Shown here: positions 61,765 through 64,000 of the stretch, piece by piece
How positions within the stretch are numbered: the stretch's first letter is position 1
How the letters are laid out: each line of letters begins with the position of its first letter
NCBI GenBank assembly: GCA_965153355.1
Contig: OZ231126.1
Coordinates: 31,248,001 to 31,312,000 of the forward strand
Direction of reading: 5' to 3'
DNA: 64,000 bases
DNA from: Flaccisagitta enflata
Taxonomy: Eukaryota
Translations under genes and position numbers: made by a program
Notes under the pieces: model-generated
Told to the model about the DNA's origin: nothing
Databases searched by the model: none
The model's input: only the letters and a program-made list of their open reading frames with translations

Positions 61765-62285
61765 TGTGCGGGCTCGCGTGAGCAAGCACTGTTCATTTGT
61801 TTTAAGACCTTACTTTGCCTCTAAAAACTTACCTTTTAGTAGCGCCCTCTATTAATAGTTCATCGCTTCGAAGTGAACGGAAACTAAGTTGGATTGTTTG
61901 ATACATGCCAAGAGATTTTCCTTATAAGAGCGTTTACCTGCTGTTTAGTCCATTCGCTCATCTTTATTCCTTCGCTTTAATCGTTTATTCATGATTAAGG
62001 AGTAAATAAGCCTACTAATGTTACTCTTTTTCCATCCTTTGCAGATTAATGATGAATTGATTAGCATTACTTACCCTCTGGTTCCCTGAATGCCGAAATG
62101 AGTTGAAGTTTCAGGTACTAAGCCTTCTAAAGATGTAAATTGATGTGCTAACGATTGCCGTTAATTATTACTGCTCATTGCCTAAGTTGTTAATGATTAC
62201 TAATGATTGCTAATAAATTATTTCAGACCGTTAATTGCGTCGTCACTACTACTCCGGTTAGTAAGAAAGGGAGCGAGCGGGCACA
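61765..62285 (+). repeat. 3' LTR
   Basis: Direct repeat of 56136-56656. Confidence 0.96.
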
Positions 62286-63493
62286 ATACACTATACAATT
62301 TTTCTAAGTATTGGGCCAATACAATACCATACCAATACAATACAATATCTTAAAGAATTGTACCCAATACGTAATAATATTTTAATTCACTTAATAAAAA
62401 ATCTTTGTTGGATCTTCAATGAATAGTTGAAGCTCTAACTAATTTTCTTTTTATATGCTTGATCAAAAAAGATTTTTTGAATATTTTCTTAACTTTCATA
62501 TATCAATATTTTTTTTCATATACTTTTTATCTTTGCCTCTTTAGGTAAGTCTCTTTGTCTGTGTTTGTCCTTGTGTGTGTGTGTCTGTGTGTGTGGGTGT
62601 CTTTCTCTCTCTCTCTTTTTCTTTTTCCCTTTTTCTCCGTTATCATCTCTATTTATCTGTTTGTCAGTCTGTCTGTCTGTCTGTCTTTCTGTCTATCTGA
62701 CTGTCTGTCTGTCTGTCTTTCTCTCTCTTTCTCTCTCTCTGAGTGTACTGACCCAGGATTAGATCTGAGAGAAAATCAATCTTTCCTCCTCCTCATCCTC
62801 TTCATCTTCCAGATCTCATCCTCTTCTTCTTCATTTTTTTTCTGCACTTCCTAAAAAATTGATCTCTCCTGATCCTCCTCATCCACCTAACCTTATCCTC
62901 TTCCTCTTCCCTACTTTTATTTTTCACCAGTTTGTTTGACCTTCCTAAGAATTCCACTAGTTTCTAAAAAAAAAAAAATATTGTATTGTATTGGGAAAAT
63001 AACAATACCCATAATAAGTATTGGGTAAACCCAATACTTATAAGTATTGTAAATACAATACAATACCCAATACGAATCGCCCCGCCTGTAATACCCCATT
63101 GCTAAGCCCTTGCAGTGAAACGATCTTTCTCTGATGTAACACACTGCCCCCCTCCCCGGTTCACTAAGCAAGAAATAAACAAGTAAAATGTAAGGGAGCG
63201 GACTTTTAGTTTATTTCTTTGCCAAAAATGTTTGAATATTTAAAGACATTTAAACTTAACAGAAAATAAAGTTAAAGTTGAACCGCGCCACGAGAGATGT
63301 CAATGGACTAACGAATTTCATCCATTCTAGGCGTATCTATGTTATTGCCAAATTGGAAATTAAAAAAAAAAAACATGAAGTGACCATCAATTCTTACCCG
63401 TTATAGGCGGATTGTCACTGTTCTAGGATAATAGGGAGGTGTAACTGGACGTAAATGCCTCTTTTTTCTTACTCGCGAGGCAAAAAAAATATA

Positions 63494-63774
63494 CAGTTAA
63501 AACCCGCTCTAACGGATTATAAGAGATCAACAAATTTTAACTCCTATAGATGGAATTCTAACATTTCCAATTTAGGAAAAACAAGACTAAGTAGGCCAAT
63601 AAGGTGCGACGTGTTACCCCACAGACCAACCGACCGACCGACCAACGGACACAGCCAGTTATAGAGGTGCTTTGTCGCACCTTAAAAGTGAAACATATTG
63701 AAGGGATAGTCAATTTGCATCAATGACAAGTGGAATTCTGTAAGTAGCGGTTCTGTTAGAGCGAGGTTCAACTG
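63494..63774. mobile_element. pogo-like MITE with a nested HINE family E (63580-63687, minus)
   Basis: TIR as in 39665-39841, TA-flanked. The insert has subTIRs aggtgcgac / gtcgcacct. Confidence 0.8.
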
Positions 63775-64000
63775 TAACTGGTAACAACTTTCTCTGCGTT
63801 TGTTTAGACAATAAAAGCTGGTGGAATAAAAGCTGGTGGCACGGACAAGAACAACTTGAATTGAAAATAAAAGCTTTTTTTCGTATTAAATGATGGTCAA
63901 ATAGAATATCGGAATATCGCCAAACAAACAAATTCCCAAGTTTGTCGGATTTCAATAACACCTCTCACATAATTAGGCGAACTTTATTCAGTGGGTTGAA

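Larger units (their letters stand above)
56136..62285 (+). mobile_element. Young, structurally intact non-autonomous LTR retrotransposon (LARD-like) with orphan ORFs
   Basis: 521-bp direct repeats, TG...CA ends with terminal IR tgtgc(gg/cc)gctcgc, 5-bp TSD ATACA (56131-56135, 62286-62290), PPT before the 3' LTR. Confidence 0.95.

Noticed and set aside
61133-61855. Hydrophobic 144-240 aa ORFs
   Set aside because: Artefact of the stop-poor 28-bp array, which is open in all three frames.

Overview
Repeat-rich eukaryotic (probably invertebrate animal) genomic DNA, analysed by eye only. Most ORF-track entries are microsatellite artefacts. The main finding is a very young 6.15-kb LTR element (56136-62285). 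It has 521-bp TG..CA LTRs differing at only 2 positions I could find, an ATACA target-site duplication (TSD) and a polypurine tract. It carries no recognisable gag/pol and no tRNA primer-binding site. Instead, the sequence after the 5' LTR is complementary to a site inside the LTR, which would fit Tf1-like self-priming, and there are two orphan ORFs joined by an ATGA stop/start overlap. The window also holds >20 Helentron-associated (DINE-1/HINE-like) elements of at least 5 families, many hAT, Tc1-mariner/pogo and CACTA-like MITEs in nested stacks, and a 5'-truncated RTE-X-like LINE with an open RT frame. On the minus strand there is a clean 1.46-kb exon ending in an LRR-N-cap-like motif, a ~12-kb TE-riddled low-complexity pseudo-exon, and a probable degenerate Cys-loop ion-channel pseudogene. 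Boundaries of elements ending in T-tracts are approximate to a few bp.
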